This document shows, piece after piece, positions 1 through 10,365 of a stretch of DNA of 27,105 bases. The stretch covers positions 1-27,105 of IMG/VR virus record IMGVR_UViG_3300020294_000026, one strand, 5' to 3'. Both the position numbers and the translations under genes were made by a program. Position 1 is the stretch's first letter; each line of letters starts with the position of its first letter. This DNA comes from a virus. Taxonomy: Duplodnaviria > Caudoviricetes. The notes under the pieces are model-generated. The model saw nothing but the letters and a program-made list of their open reading frames with translations, ran no database searches and was not told where the DNA came from.

Positions 1-785
1 AGGCGACGCAATAAAACATTAGGATCATTGTCCAAGTTATTGACACACCATTTACGTACTTCCGAAAAGTTCTTCGCTTTGAGGTTTTTAATGAGATCAT
101 TAACCTTTACATCACTAAAGTGGGCAAGTATACCACTATCTATCTTACCTCCTACAGAGTATCTCTGACACTCATTAAGAACTCTTCTCCAATCAGGGAA
201 GTGCTTATTAATTAATTCTGCTAGGACTTTCTTATCTGCCTCAATCCTTTCCTCTTCCAAGATATGGTTAATTCTTTTGAAGAACTGAGAGGCAATTGTT
301 GCTTTTTGTTTTCCATTTATTGCAAAGTCAATGACAGCACAACGACTATGGAGTGGTTCAATGATCTTATTCTTATAGTTACAGGTGAAGATGAATCTAC
401 AGTTTTTTTGGAACTCCTCAATACTCGCTCTGAGAAGGAGTTGTACATCGGGAGTGGTATTGTCTGCTTCATCGATGATGATAACCTTGTGTTTCGACTC
501 ACTCGTGAGAGATACCGTAGACGCAAAGTTCTTGGCATTATTCCTAACAGTGTCAAGAAAACGCCCCTCATCCGATCCGTTAATGACATAATAATCTGCC
601 CCTAACTGGTTACATAAACATTTAGCAACCGTGGTCTTTCCAATACCTGGAGGACCAGATAAAAGCATATTAGGGATCTCACCTTGAGATAAAAAATCCT
701 GAAAAGTTTTTTTAATATTTTCAGGTAAGATACATTCTTCAATTGTCTGTGGGCGATACTTTTCAACCCAAATAAAATCACTCAT
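1..785 (-). CDS. gp44: Sliding-clamp loader large subunit (AAA+ ATPase), 3'-truncated by the window edge
   Basis: Not in the ORF track. Hand translation from ATG at 785: MSDFIWVEKYRPQTIEECILPENIKKTF...MLLSGPPGIGKTT, giving the RFC-type WVEKYRP box and Walker A. Lies just downstream of gp45, as in T4-like phages. Confidence 0.95.
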   Translation of the reverse strand, partial: MSDFIWVEKYRPQTIEECILPENIKKTFQDFLSQGEIPNMLLSGPPGIGKTTVAKCLCNQLGADYYVINGSDEGRFLDTVRNNAKNFASTVSLTSESKHKVIIIDEADNTTPDVQLLLRASIEEFQKNCRFIFTCNYKNKIIEPLHSRCAVIDFAINGKQKATIASQFFKRINHILEEERIEADKKVLAELINKHFPDWRRVLNECQRYSVGGKIDSGILAHFSDVKVNDLIKNLKAKNFSEVRKWCVNNLDNDPNVLLRR

Positions 786-790
786 GATAA

Positions 791-1342
791 CTATTGTATG
801 TTGAACGAAATGATTATTCGTTCTTCGTCACTATAATGTGGAGGAGCCATGTGCATAAGATTAGCAGGAAATACTACTAAATCACCTTCCTCTACTTTAA
901 TCAACCTATTCTCTCTAAATCCAATATGATTAGGAAAGGGACTAAAGAATTGTGTACTAGGATGAACTTCTGGTTCTATTTTAGCATATAAAACAGCAGA
1001 ATAACCAATTGATCCATGATCATGTGGTGGATGATAATCATTTCTATTATACTTCTGACACCAAGGACCTGCTATCCTAGTAAATTTATATGGTTCTTGA
1101 CTAATATTATTAAAGTGTTCCTGAAATTCTAGAATATATTTACTCATTATTTCTAGAAATTCTTCCCTATATGGTGGATATTCACCTTCTGAAATATATG
1201 TAAAATAATCAGTGAAAGATATAGTTTCATCACTATATCCATTTGTCATATAGGAAAGTATTTTCTCTTTATGTTCACTCCATTCTTTAATTTGAATTTT
1301 ATGAATATCTAAAGAAAATAAAGGAATAGTCTCGAACATCAT
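791..1342 (-). CDS. Putative 2OG-Fe(II) oxygenase (TIGR02466-like, HxH type)
   Basis: W..KY...DYHPPHDH, distal His in VFPANLMHMAPP, and C-terminal RIIISFN. Confidence 0.8.
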   Translation of the reverse strand: MMFETIPLFSLDIHKIQIKEWSEHKEKILSYMTNGYSDETISFTDYFTYISEGEYPPYREEFLEIMSKYILEFQEHFNNISQEPYKFTRIAGPWCQKYNRNDYHPPHDHGSIGYSAVLYAKIEPEVHPSTQFFSPFPNHIGFRENRLIKVEEGDLVVFPANLMHMAPPHYSDEERIIISFNIQ

Positions 1343-1990
1343 TCAAATGTGGAGTCAGGTTCTAAAGCAATATAATAAGTTAAGTTAAATTGACTATTAG
1401 TAAAACGAGAAAGTAATTTAGAAGAAACAACAACGTCATAGGCACCAGGAATAATTTTAATATTCTCAACTTTAAAGTTGTATGAGAACACTTTATCAGT
1501 CTCACCAACAACTATAGAGTATTCATTAGAAGTATCATTCTTCTTATCACGAACTACAAGTTTAACAACACCTGCTTCACCAACTGCTGATAAATCAGGT
1601 AGCTGATAGACTGCTGCTGCCTTAAGGAGTTTCTCTAATGATGTACTTTCTAACTGAAAATGAACATCCTCAGTAGGAAGAGTAATTGCTTTATCTGGAG
1701 GTGAGATAATAACATTTGGATCAGCATAAAAATATTTGACCCTACGCTTACCCTCACGAATTGTAAGGTAAGATTCTTCAGTAAAATCCAAATCAGGATC
1801 TTGATGCAGACTTAATCCATTCAAAAATTGATTAAGATCATATACGCCAAACTGACGAGAGAACTCCTCATCAATATCAGCCTCTGCTAAAATATTTTTA
1901 GCAACAGACATTGTGCGAAGTTGATTTCCTTCTTTTACAAGAATGGAATTATTAATTCCAGCAAAATTTTTAAGAACAGTTAAAGTCTTA

Positions 1991-2004
<14 letters not shown>
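1339..2004 (-). CDS. gp45: DNA polymerase sliding clamp
   Basis: MKLSDKTLTVLKNFAGINNSIL...FGVYDLNQFL...YYIALEPDS is typical of gp45. ATG at 2004 is preferred over the track's GTG at 2010. Confidence 0.95.
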
Positions 2005-3960
<1,956 letters not shown>

Positions 3961-3961
<1 letters not shown>

Positions 3962-5055
3962 TATACTTCCTCAGTTGTTAATACGAAATCAGCATCTACT
4001 TTATCATATAATTCAAGAAATGCTTGCTTAGTCTCATCATCAAATCTGTTTACACAAACTTGAATTGCTTTTGATTTATCATTAAAGATACTATAAGCAC
4101 GAACAATATGAACTAATCTACGAGTGCTGATGATTTCATCAATACCACCATCATAGAATGTTTTGCGGATGATGTCACCCCAGTCAACAAGTCTCTCAAG
4201 AAAATCAATATCAGTAACACCATATTTTGAAGCAACTCCACCAAGTATTTTCTTTTCTACAGATACAGGAGGATACTCTTGCTCAAAGGTTACAGGGAAT
4301 CGCTCCAAAAAGGCTTCGTTGAGCACATTAGTTCCAATGAATCGTCCATCATCTGAACCTTTGCCTTTAGTATTTGCGGTTGCGACAACGTTGAATCCTG
4401 CTCTTGGATTGACAAATCTCCCGATCTTTTTAAGAAAGATTCCATTTCCTTCAAGAATTGGTTGGAGGCAGAGAATCTTATTAGAGGCAAGGTCGATCTC
4501 GTCAAGGAGCAATATAGCACCTCGTTCAAGTGCTTCGATGACTGGTCCATTATGCCAAACGGTTGCACCGTCAACAAGCCTGAAACCGCCAATGAGATCA
4601 TCTTCATCTGTTTCAATAGTAATGTTTACACGGATTAGTTCTCTACCCAATTGAGCACATGCTTGCTCCACACCAAAGGTCTTACCATTACCTGATAAAC
4701 CAGTAATGAATGTAGGATAGAACTGATTTGACTGAATTACTTTCTTTATATCAGTAAAAGGACCAAACTTAACAAAAGTATTATTCTTCTCTGGAACTAA
4801 GTTTTGTGTTACTGAAGGTTCAACAGCAGGAGCACTAAATGACTTTTCAATATTCTCAACTGCTTTAGTGGTAACTTCTAGGTTCCACTTACCAGGTTTT
4901 ACTCTAAACTCTTTTATCTTTTTAGTAACTGTCTGATATCCAATATCATTCATGGCAGCGAAAGCCTTTACTTCTGCAGTATTAAACTCGTCACCGTAAA
5001 GAGTTTTTAATCCATCGATAATTTGATCTTTGGTCATTTTAGTTTCAAATGCCAT
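3961..5055 (-). CDS. cobS: MoxR-family AAA+ ATPase (usually annotated CobS-like in cyanophages)
   Basis: Walker A GLSGNGKT, DEDDLIGG, Walker B LLLDEID, sensor ATANTKG, NEAFLERF and ISTRRL. Confidence 0.88.
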
Positions 5056-5068
5056 GATGTAAGTGCTT

Positions 5069-5074
5069 TATTTA
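5069..5074 (-). promoter_or_regulatory. Candidate gp55-dependent late promoter upstream of the AAA+ gene
   Basis: TAAATA ending 13 nt upstream of the ATG at 5055. Confidence 0.45.
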
Positions 5075-5083
5075 GTTGTTCAT

Positions 5084-5143
5084 ATTATAAACAAAAAAAG
5101 GGGGTCTTACGACCCCCAGTATGCCAGTTTATATACTGTCACA
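5084..5143 (-). promoter_or_regulatory. Palindrome + hairpin + TATAAT cassette (candidate early promoter)
   Basis: Minus strand: TGACAGT-ATATAA-ACTGGCA (1 mismatch), then a GC hairpin, a T-run, and TATAAT at 5084-5089. Confidence 0.65.
5093..5117 (-). terminator. Rho-independent terminator after the Pro-rich gene
   Basis: GGGGGTC-GTAA-GACCCCC followed by T7, with a GNRA tetraloop. Confidence 0.8.
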
Positions 5144-5491
5144 TCATTTTGTTTTTTCAATCTGTTCTTTAAGTTGCTCTACTAATTTTGGTTGAGATAA
5201 TCTTCTATCCAACTCAATACCAAGAGTTCTACCAATTTCCTCTAATTTAATTTTAGACATCCATCTTAAATCAGAAACAGGTGGTATATCTGCAGCAGTA
5301 GGTGGAACCTCTGGAGATGTAGCTACTGGCATATCATCCAAAGGATTCTCATACACAGGAGGTGTAGGAGGTGCTACAGGAGGTGCTACTGTCTCTGGTG
5401 GTGCTGGTGGAACAGGAGGAGCAGTAGTTCCAGCAACTCCAGTTTCATGTGATGTTGTAGGCAACCCAGCTGCCTCAGAATACTTACTCAT
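5144..5491 (-). CDS. Proline-rich hypothetical protein with a small C-terminal helical (HeH/Rho-N-like) domain
   Basis: APPV/PPT repeats, then MSKIKLEEIGRTLGIELDRRLSQPKLVEQL. Preceded by TAAATA at 5515-5520. Confidence 0.75.
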   Translation of the reverse strand: MSKYSEAAGLPTTSHETGVAGTTAPPVPPAPPETVAPPVAPPTPPVYENPLDDMPVATSPEVPPTAADIPPVSDLRWMSKIKLEEIGRTLGIELDRRLSQPKLVEQLKEQIEKTK

Positions 5492-5514
5492 TTTTCTGAC
5501 TCAATTCTTTTAGT

Positions 5515-5521
5515 TATTTAT
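5515..5521 (-). promoter_or_regulatory. Late promoter (ATAAATA)
   Basis: Intergenic, 23 nt upstream of the ATG at 5491. Confidence 0.6.
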
Positions 5522-5664
5522 TATTCAGAAGACTCACCATCAATATTGATCCCATCAGATGAGGTAACTTCTGATTCTTCAACGTTGGGCTCTTCTTTAG
5601 AAGAATGAACTTTAGCATATGCATTCATCAATCCTTCAGCATCTTTAGGTGAAATTCTAGGCAT
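5521..5664 (-). CDS. Small acidic hypothetical protein (47 aa)
   Basis: Not in the track. Hand translation MPRISPKDAEGLMNAYAKVHSSKEEPNVEESEVTSSDGINIDGESSE. It fills the gap and is preceded by CTAAATA at 5687-5693. An alternative ATG lies at 5667. Confidence 0.7.
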   Translation of the reverse strand: MPRISPKDAEGLMNAYAKVHSSKEEPNVEESEVTSSDGINIDGESSE

Positions 5665-5686
5665 CATAAAACTTACAAGGTAGTTT

Positions 5687-5693
5687 TATTTAG
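5687..5693 (-). promoter_or_regulatory. Late promoter (CTAAATA)
   Basis: Overlaps the stop codon of the vWA gene, about 20 nt upstream of the 47-aa ORF. Confidence 0.6.
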
Positions 5694-7870
5694 ACAACTA
5701 AATCTATAAATTCTCCAAGAATTTTTTTATTCATTTTTTTACCTTTCAAACTTTTAAAGAATGCTCTTTTGATTTGTGTTTTTGTAGCACCAGTATCAAC
5801 TTCAAAATCATCATCAGATGATAGAGCATTAGCAGACATTCCAAAGTAACTATCATACCCAGAAGATTTTATACTAAAGGTTTTAGTTTTCTTCCAAGAT
5901 TTTGTTGCTCTCTCAAAATCCTTACCATCATATCCACAATACTGACGGATAAAGTAACTAGCATCTCTATTGGCAAGTAAACGAATACCAACAAAATTCA
6001 TATCGGGAAAATTATCTCTTAGATTATTGATTAGAGTTGAAGTAATAGTAGACCAATGCTCACCAAACTTATAGGTATTACCAGTCTTTCTATCTCTCAA
6101 AAAAGTATTATACCCAACATAATTTGTTCCTAGAAATGGTTCTGTCTCCCAATGTCTTTGTACTTCTCTATGATAACGTATTGGATGTGCTTCACCATCT
6201 GTAAGGATTACACATTGAACCTTTTGTAATTGATGATCACTCTTAAACTTAGGAAGAATTTGATGAAGACATACAAGTGTTTCATTCAAAGGTGTTCCTG
6301 AAAGATTCATTCCAATAGGAACATGATACTGAGTCCATGTATTTCTACCAAATGTTTTAGCACATCTAAAGATATTAATCATTTGCTCTTCCAATTCTTT
6401 TCCATTTACACTGCTAGTGAATAGATTCATCAAAGAAAAACTCTCTGTTAATGCTGCCAATCCAGATTTTGGTTCATAAGATGATTGGCAATTTGGAAAA
6501 CCATTCTCATCATGATTTGGAAAACACTGGGTGAATGCATATACATCAAATGGAATAGAAACCTTTCTACAGAACCATATAAGATTATAAAGTTGTTTGA
6601 TGGTATCTTCCATTACATCTGCCATTGAACCAGACCAATCAAGAATGAATACTAGTCCATGATTCTTTCCATCAGGAATCACGTTTATCTTCTTGAAAAG
6701 ATCTTCACTATACTTGTAGGTATGAAGTTTAGATGTATTCAGAACACCTGTTCTTGCTACTGTAGAACGAGCATATGAATCAGCAGCTTTCTTACACTCA
6801 AATTCTTTAACCAAGTAGTTCACTTCTTTCTGTGCCGACTTCTTAAACTTTTTATATTCAAGATCAACCTCAGAGAATACTGTTAGATTTTCTAATTCTT
6901 CTTCAGTTACATCATACCTATATGGTGTTTTATCTTTATAACCTTCCCAATTTTCAGCACATATTTTATGAATTGCTTTATTGGAGATTATAACTTTATC
7001 CAAATTAATCTTTGGCATTTCAATATAGAAATTCTCAACACCACCTTGCTCAATAAGACTTTCAATACCCTTGGCAAGTGAATCAGCAGTTTCTACTTTT
7101 GGCTCAGCATGTTCAAGTTGTTGATGTAATTCTTCTATTGTTAATTGATCGGGTTGCGTTTTCTGATAATCCATATCAATTTGATCACCCTCTTCACCTT
7201 CACTCTCTTCAAGATCACCATCTTCAGAATCAGCATCTATACCAGATCCACTTCCTTCTATATCCATACCCATACTCTCTTCCTCTTTTACCTCTGCTAT
7301 CTGTTCCTTTATATTTTCTTCCATCTCACCTTTACAATACTTGTAAAGATCTTCAGCAACATCGAGAACCTCCTCAAAAGTCTCACATCTGTTTATCCTC
7401 TCAACAAATAGTTGCTCTTCTATTGTAAAATCAATATCCACATAGTTACCAATCTTAAAATGTAAGTTGATTTTATCAGCAAGATTAAACTCTGAAATAT
7501 CCCTTCCTTCTATTTCAAAGAAATCATTATCATGTAATTCTAGGTATCCATTATAAAAAGTCTTAGGTATTCCAGCATACCTACGCTTCATTAACTTTTC
7601 AATTCTTGCATCTTCTACAATATTAACAAAATCAAATCCTATCTTACGATCCTTAGACCAATCATAATCAGGTGTATAAAGAGCATGTCCAACCTCATGA
7701 CAAACTAAAGCATCTAATACATTATCACTTGCCTTCTCCCACATAGGTAGAGTTAGAACTCTTGTTTGTACATTAAACTGAGCAGTCTCAACTTTTTTAT
7801 GCTCTACCACTAGATCCTCAGTAGCAAGTAGTTTAGCAAGTTGTGATTTGATTTCGTGCTTTACTGTCAT
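5690..7870 (-). CDS. HExxH metallopeptidase-like domain + acidic linker + von Willebrand A domain protein (CobT-like MoxR partner)
   Basis: N-terminal HEVGH...NIVEDARIE; a central E/D/G-rich linker; MIDAS motifs FILDWSGSM, GTPL and ILTDGE. Confidence 0.85.
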   Translation of the reverse strand: MTVKHEIKSQLAKLLATEDLVVEHKKVETAQFNVQTRVLTLPMWEKASDNVLDALVCHEVGHALYTPDYDWSKDRKIGFDFVNIVEDARIEKLMKRRYAGIPKTFYNGYLELHDNDFFEIEGRDISEFNLADKINLHFKIGNYVDIDFTIEEQLFVERINRCETFEEVLDVAEDLYKYCKGEMEENIKEQIAEVKEEESMGMDIEGSGSGIDADSEDGDLEESEGEEGDQIDMDYQKTQPDQLTIEELHQQLEHAEPKVETADSLAKGIESLIEQGGVENFYIEMPKINLDKVIISNKAIHKICAENWEGYKDKTPYRYDVTEEELENLTVFSEVDLEYKKFKKSAQKEVNYLVKEFECKKAADSYARSTVARTGVLNTSKLHTYKYSEDLFKKINVIPDGKNHGLVFILDWSGSMADVMEDTIKQLYNLIWFCRKVSIPFDVYAFTQCFPNHDENGFPNCQSSYEPKSGLAALTESFSLMNLFTSSVNGKELEEQMINIFRCAKTFGRNTWTQYHVPIGMNLSGTPLNETLVCLHQILPKFKSDHQLQKVQCVILTDGEAHPIRYHREVQRHWETEPFLGTNYVGYNTFLRDRKTGNTYKFGEHWSTITSTLINNLRDNFPDMNFVGIRLLANRDASYFIRQYCGYDGKDFERATKSWKKTKTFSIKSSGYDSYFGMSANALSSDDDFEVDTGATKTQIKRAFFKSLKGKKMNKKILGEFIDLVV

Positions 7871-8039
7871 GGATCTGTTTGCTTGATGTACCTATAATAC
7901 TAGAAAACCGCCTCTGTGGGCGGTTGAGTAGACGGTTTATCAACTGTCCACGCCTTGCTTTCGCTTGGCGTAGTGCTTGGGGTTTAAGTTTTCGTTTCCG
8001 TTCCTTCTTGGAATGGTGTTGCCAGTTTGGAGTGTTCAT
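7833..8039 (-). CDS. Small basic hypothetical protein (68 aa)
   Basis: MNTPNWQHHSKKERKRKLKPQALRQAKARR. The ATG at 8039 overlaps the upstream stop (TAATG). Confidence 0.65.
   Translation of the reverse strand: MNTPNWQHHSKKERKRKLKPQALRQAKARRGQLINRLLNRPQRRFSSIIGTSSKQIHDSKARNQITTC
7894..7951 (-). promoter_or_regulatory. Palindrome + hairpin + TATTAT cassette (candidate early promoter)
   Basis: Minus strand: GTGGACAGTT-GATA-AACCGTCTAC, then AACCGCC-CACAGA-GGCGGTT, then TATTAT at 7894-7899. Same layout as 5084-5143. Confidence 0.6.
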
Positions 8040-8173
8040 TACCACCATAATCGTTTTTGAACCTTGTCACCTATTTCTGGAAGACCAGTTATAGCATTCT
8101 GTAGTTTACTCAAATCTCTTTTCAATTCATCCACTTCTCTCCTGAGAATCTGGATTTGTTCATGATCTGTCAT
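8039..8173 (-). CDS. Small coiled-coil hypothetical protein (44 aa)
   Basis: Not in the track. Hand translation MTDHEQIQILRREVDELKRDLSKLQNAITGLPEIGDKVQKRLWW. It fills the gap exactly and is coupled to the next gene by TAATG. Confidence 0.7.
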   Translation of the reverse strand: MTDHEQIQILRREVDELKRDLSKLQNAITGLPEIGDKVQKRLWW

Positions 8174-8176
8174 AAT

Positions 8177-8365
8177 TTATTCTTTGACTGCAGTTACATC
8201 CCAATTAGAATCAGTTTTCTTTGTCCAAATATATGGAGTATCTTCCTTTGCCTTTGCTTGTGATGTATAGGTTTTCCTACTCTCAAAAATTTGAGTCCAC
8301 CTATTATCACCTTTATAATAAGTGTCTCCACCAATCATACTTGTTTTTTTAATGTGCCAAGCCAT
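8177..8365 (-). CDS. Small hypothetical protein (62 aa), probably late
   Basis: MAWHIKKTSMIGGDTYYKGDNRW... The ATG at 8365 follows ATAAATA at 8382-8388 and avoids overlap with gp46. Confidence 0.7.
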   Translation of the reverse strand: MAWHIKKTSMIGGDTYYKGDNRWTQIFESRKTYTSQAKAKEDTPYIWTKKTDSNWDVTAVKE

Positions 8366-8381
8366 GTTAATAGTTTTTAAA

Positions 8382-8388
8382 TATTTAT
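8382..8388 (-). promoter_or_regulatory. Late promoter (ATAAATA)
   Basis: Located at the gp46 stop, 16 nt upstream of the ATG at 8365. Confidence 0.6.
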
Positions 8389-10100
8389 TAAGTTGCCATT
8401 CGAGAGAAACCCTTAATCTTCTCAAACCTAATCACACTCTCAAACTGATCATGAAGTTCTGTCTTGTGAGATATAACAAATACATTAGCATCCTTAATTA
8501 CAAAACGAATGATTTTAAGAAATTCATCTGTTCCCATACCATCCAAAGAACTATCAAATACTTCATCCATAATTAACAGATTAGTATTCACAGAGTTCTT
8601 AACCCTAGCAACTTCTCTCCAAGTGAATAAAAGTGCGAGGTCAATTCTCATCTTCTCCCCTTCAGAAAAAGAAGGATAAGAAAACTTCTCATGAATTGGA
8701 GATTCAATAGATTCATTAAATTCCTCATCAAGTTTAAAATTGATATAGAAATCCATCATCTGCAAGAAACGATTTACTTGCTGATTGATAAGAGGTAGAT
8801 ACTTCTTAATTATTTTTGTCTTTACTCCATCATCCTTCAATAAAGAATACGCAACGTCATGATGCGTAATCTCTGTTCTCTTTGATGCTATATTTTCAAA
8901 AATGTTCTGGAGATTTTCGTTAAACTCTGCTAATTTTTCTTGTTCAGTATTTCTGTTTGCATGCTGATCGGTAAGTCTCTGAATTTCCGATTCCAAATCC
9001 CTGATCTGTCGCTGACATCCAGAGATGAGAGTATGGTTTTTAGAAATGCCATTGTTGAGTTTAGTAATCTCCTTTGATAGTTTGGTGAACTGATGCTCTC
9101 GTTCCTCTTCTTTTTGAATTGCTTCTTCCAGTTCCCTGTAACCAGTTTGCAACTCCGTTGCTTTATTTTGAACATCAGTAATTCTATTTACACGGAAGAC
9201 TTCCTCTATATCCTGAGTACATGTAGGACATACCGTATTCTCTGTAAAAAACTTATGTTCTTTAGTAAGGGTTGCTACCTTATTGGACATTTTACCCTTA
9301 AGTGTGTTTAGTTTTTTTAACTTACCTTTAACATTAGAAAGTTCTTCAAGATCTTTAGTATACATCGCAACATCTTTTATAAGACATTCTGTTTCATCAG
9401 ATGTCTCTAGTATTTCACCTTCTAACAAATTTATTTTACCTTCTTTTTCTTCTACCCTTTGCTTACCTTGACTCTCCAATTCATCAATAAAGTTCTTTTG
9501 CATTTCAACTTTATCCTTTATATTATCCTTACTCAACTCTAAAGTTTTTATTTCATCCTTCTTAGTTTTGAGTTGCTCTTTTAATATAGAGTTCATTGCT
9601 GAAAAGATACGAATATCTAAAAGATCTTCAATAACTTCTCTCCTATTAGTTCCTGATAACTGCATGAAAGGAACAAAGGCACTACTACCAAGAATTACAA
9701 TCTGAGTAAATGACTTATAATTTAATTTTAAAATACCTTCCTCAAGAATCTTCTGCATAGCACGATCATCAGACTGCTTATGCATGGGATCACCATCCAC
9801 AACTATGTCAAACTTATTTGGTCTTATACCTCTTCTAACCAGATATTGTCTAGCGTTAAGTTCAAATTCAACTTCTACAATACAATCCTTTTCATTTGTA
9901 GTATTTACCAACTGACTCTTATTGATCTTACGAAATGGTTTATTGAACAAACTAAAAGTAAGAGCATCAAGAACTGTTGACTTCCCAGTACCATTAGTAC
10001 CAACAATCAAGTTAGTAGAATTTTTCTGAAAATCTACTTCAGTAAATTGATTACCAGTGGAAAGAAAATTTTTCCACCTAACCCTTTTAAATATTATCAT
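8388..10100 (-). CDS. gp46: Recombination endonuclease ATPase subunit (Rad50/SbcC-like)
   Basis: WKNFLSTGN, Walker A GTNGTGKS, coiled coil with CPTC zinc hook, signature FSEGEKMR, Walker B IMDEVFD and VISH. Confidence 0.96.
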   Translation of the reverse strand: MIIFKRVRWKNFLSTGNQFTEVDFQKNSTNLIVGTNGTGKSTVLDALTFSLFNKPFRKINKSQLVNTTNEKDCIVEVEFELNARQYLVRRGIRPNKFDIVVDGDPMHKQSDDRAMQKILEEGILKLNYKSFTQIVILGSSAFVPFMQLSGTNRREVIEDLLDIRIFSAMNSILKEQLKTKKDEIKTLELSKDNIKDKVEMQKNFIDELESQGKQRVEEKEGKINLLEGEILETSDETECLIKDVAMYTKDLEELSNVKGKLKKLNTLKGKMSNKVATLTKEHKFFTENTVCPTCTQDIEEVFRVNRITDVQNKATELQTGYRELEEAIQKEEEREHQFTKLSKEITKLNNGISKNHTLISGCQRQIRDLESEIQRLTDQHANRNTEQEKLAEFNENLQNIFENIASKRTEITHHDVAYSLLKDDGVKTKIIKKYLPLINQQVNRFLQMMDFYINFKLDEEFNESIESPIHEKFSYPSFSEGEKMRIDLALLFTWREVARVKNSVNTNLLIMDEVFDSSLDGMGTDEFLKIIRFVIKDANVFVISHKTELHDQFESVIRFEKIKGFSRMAT

Positions 10101-10365
10101 TAACTATTGGATCTTTACGAGGAATTACTATATCGTTAGGTGTAACTACAGCATACTTGTAATTATACCTCTTACATGTCATTATGGCAAGGTTATCATC
10201 TATCTCTATAACATCCATAGGTGAATTTTCCAAATCTTCTAACATCATAGCATATCTTTCAGCATCATCTTCTTTTTGAAACAAAAAAAGAACCTTTTCA
10301 CCGTAACTGTTATGAACAGCATATGCTCCCTCGGCTTGTTGATCTTTTAATGTGAGAAGAAACAC
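10087..10365 (-). CDS. DUF3110-like hypothetical protein
   Basis: EGAYAV...VLFLFQKEDDAERYAMMLE resembles cyanobacterial DUF3110 (from recall). GTG at 10365 overlaps the gp47 stop (TAGTG) and has an upstream GAGG. Confidence 0.6.
   Translation of the reverse strand: MFLLTLKDQQAEGAYAVHNSYGEKVLFLFQKEDDAERYAMMLEDLENSPMDVIEIDDNLAIMTCKRYNYKYAVVTPNDIVIPRKDPIVNDNI

Noticed and set aside
264-605. Track ORFs 264-605(+), 317-589(-) and 385-591(+)
   Set aside because: Shadow frames of gp44, which the track missed because its stop lies outside the window.
4163-4654. 163-aa plus-strand ORF and 108-aa alternate-frame ORF inside the AAA+ gene
   Set aside because: Fully nested in a conserved gene, with no motifs or evident expression signals.
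7078-7428. His/Leu- and Phe/Ile-rich plus-strand ORFs
   Set aside because: Antisense artefacts of the GAA/GAT-rich acidic linker of the vWA protein.
7879-9980. Short plus-strand and alternate-frame ORFs over the small genes and gp46
   Set aside because: They overlap better-supported minus-strand genes and show no recognisable features.
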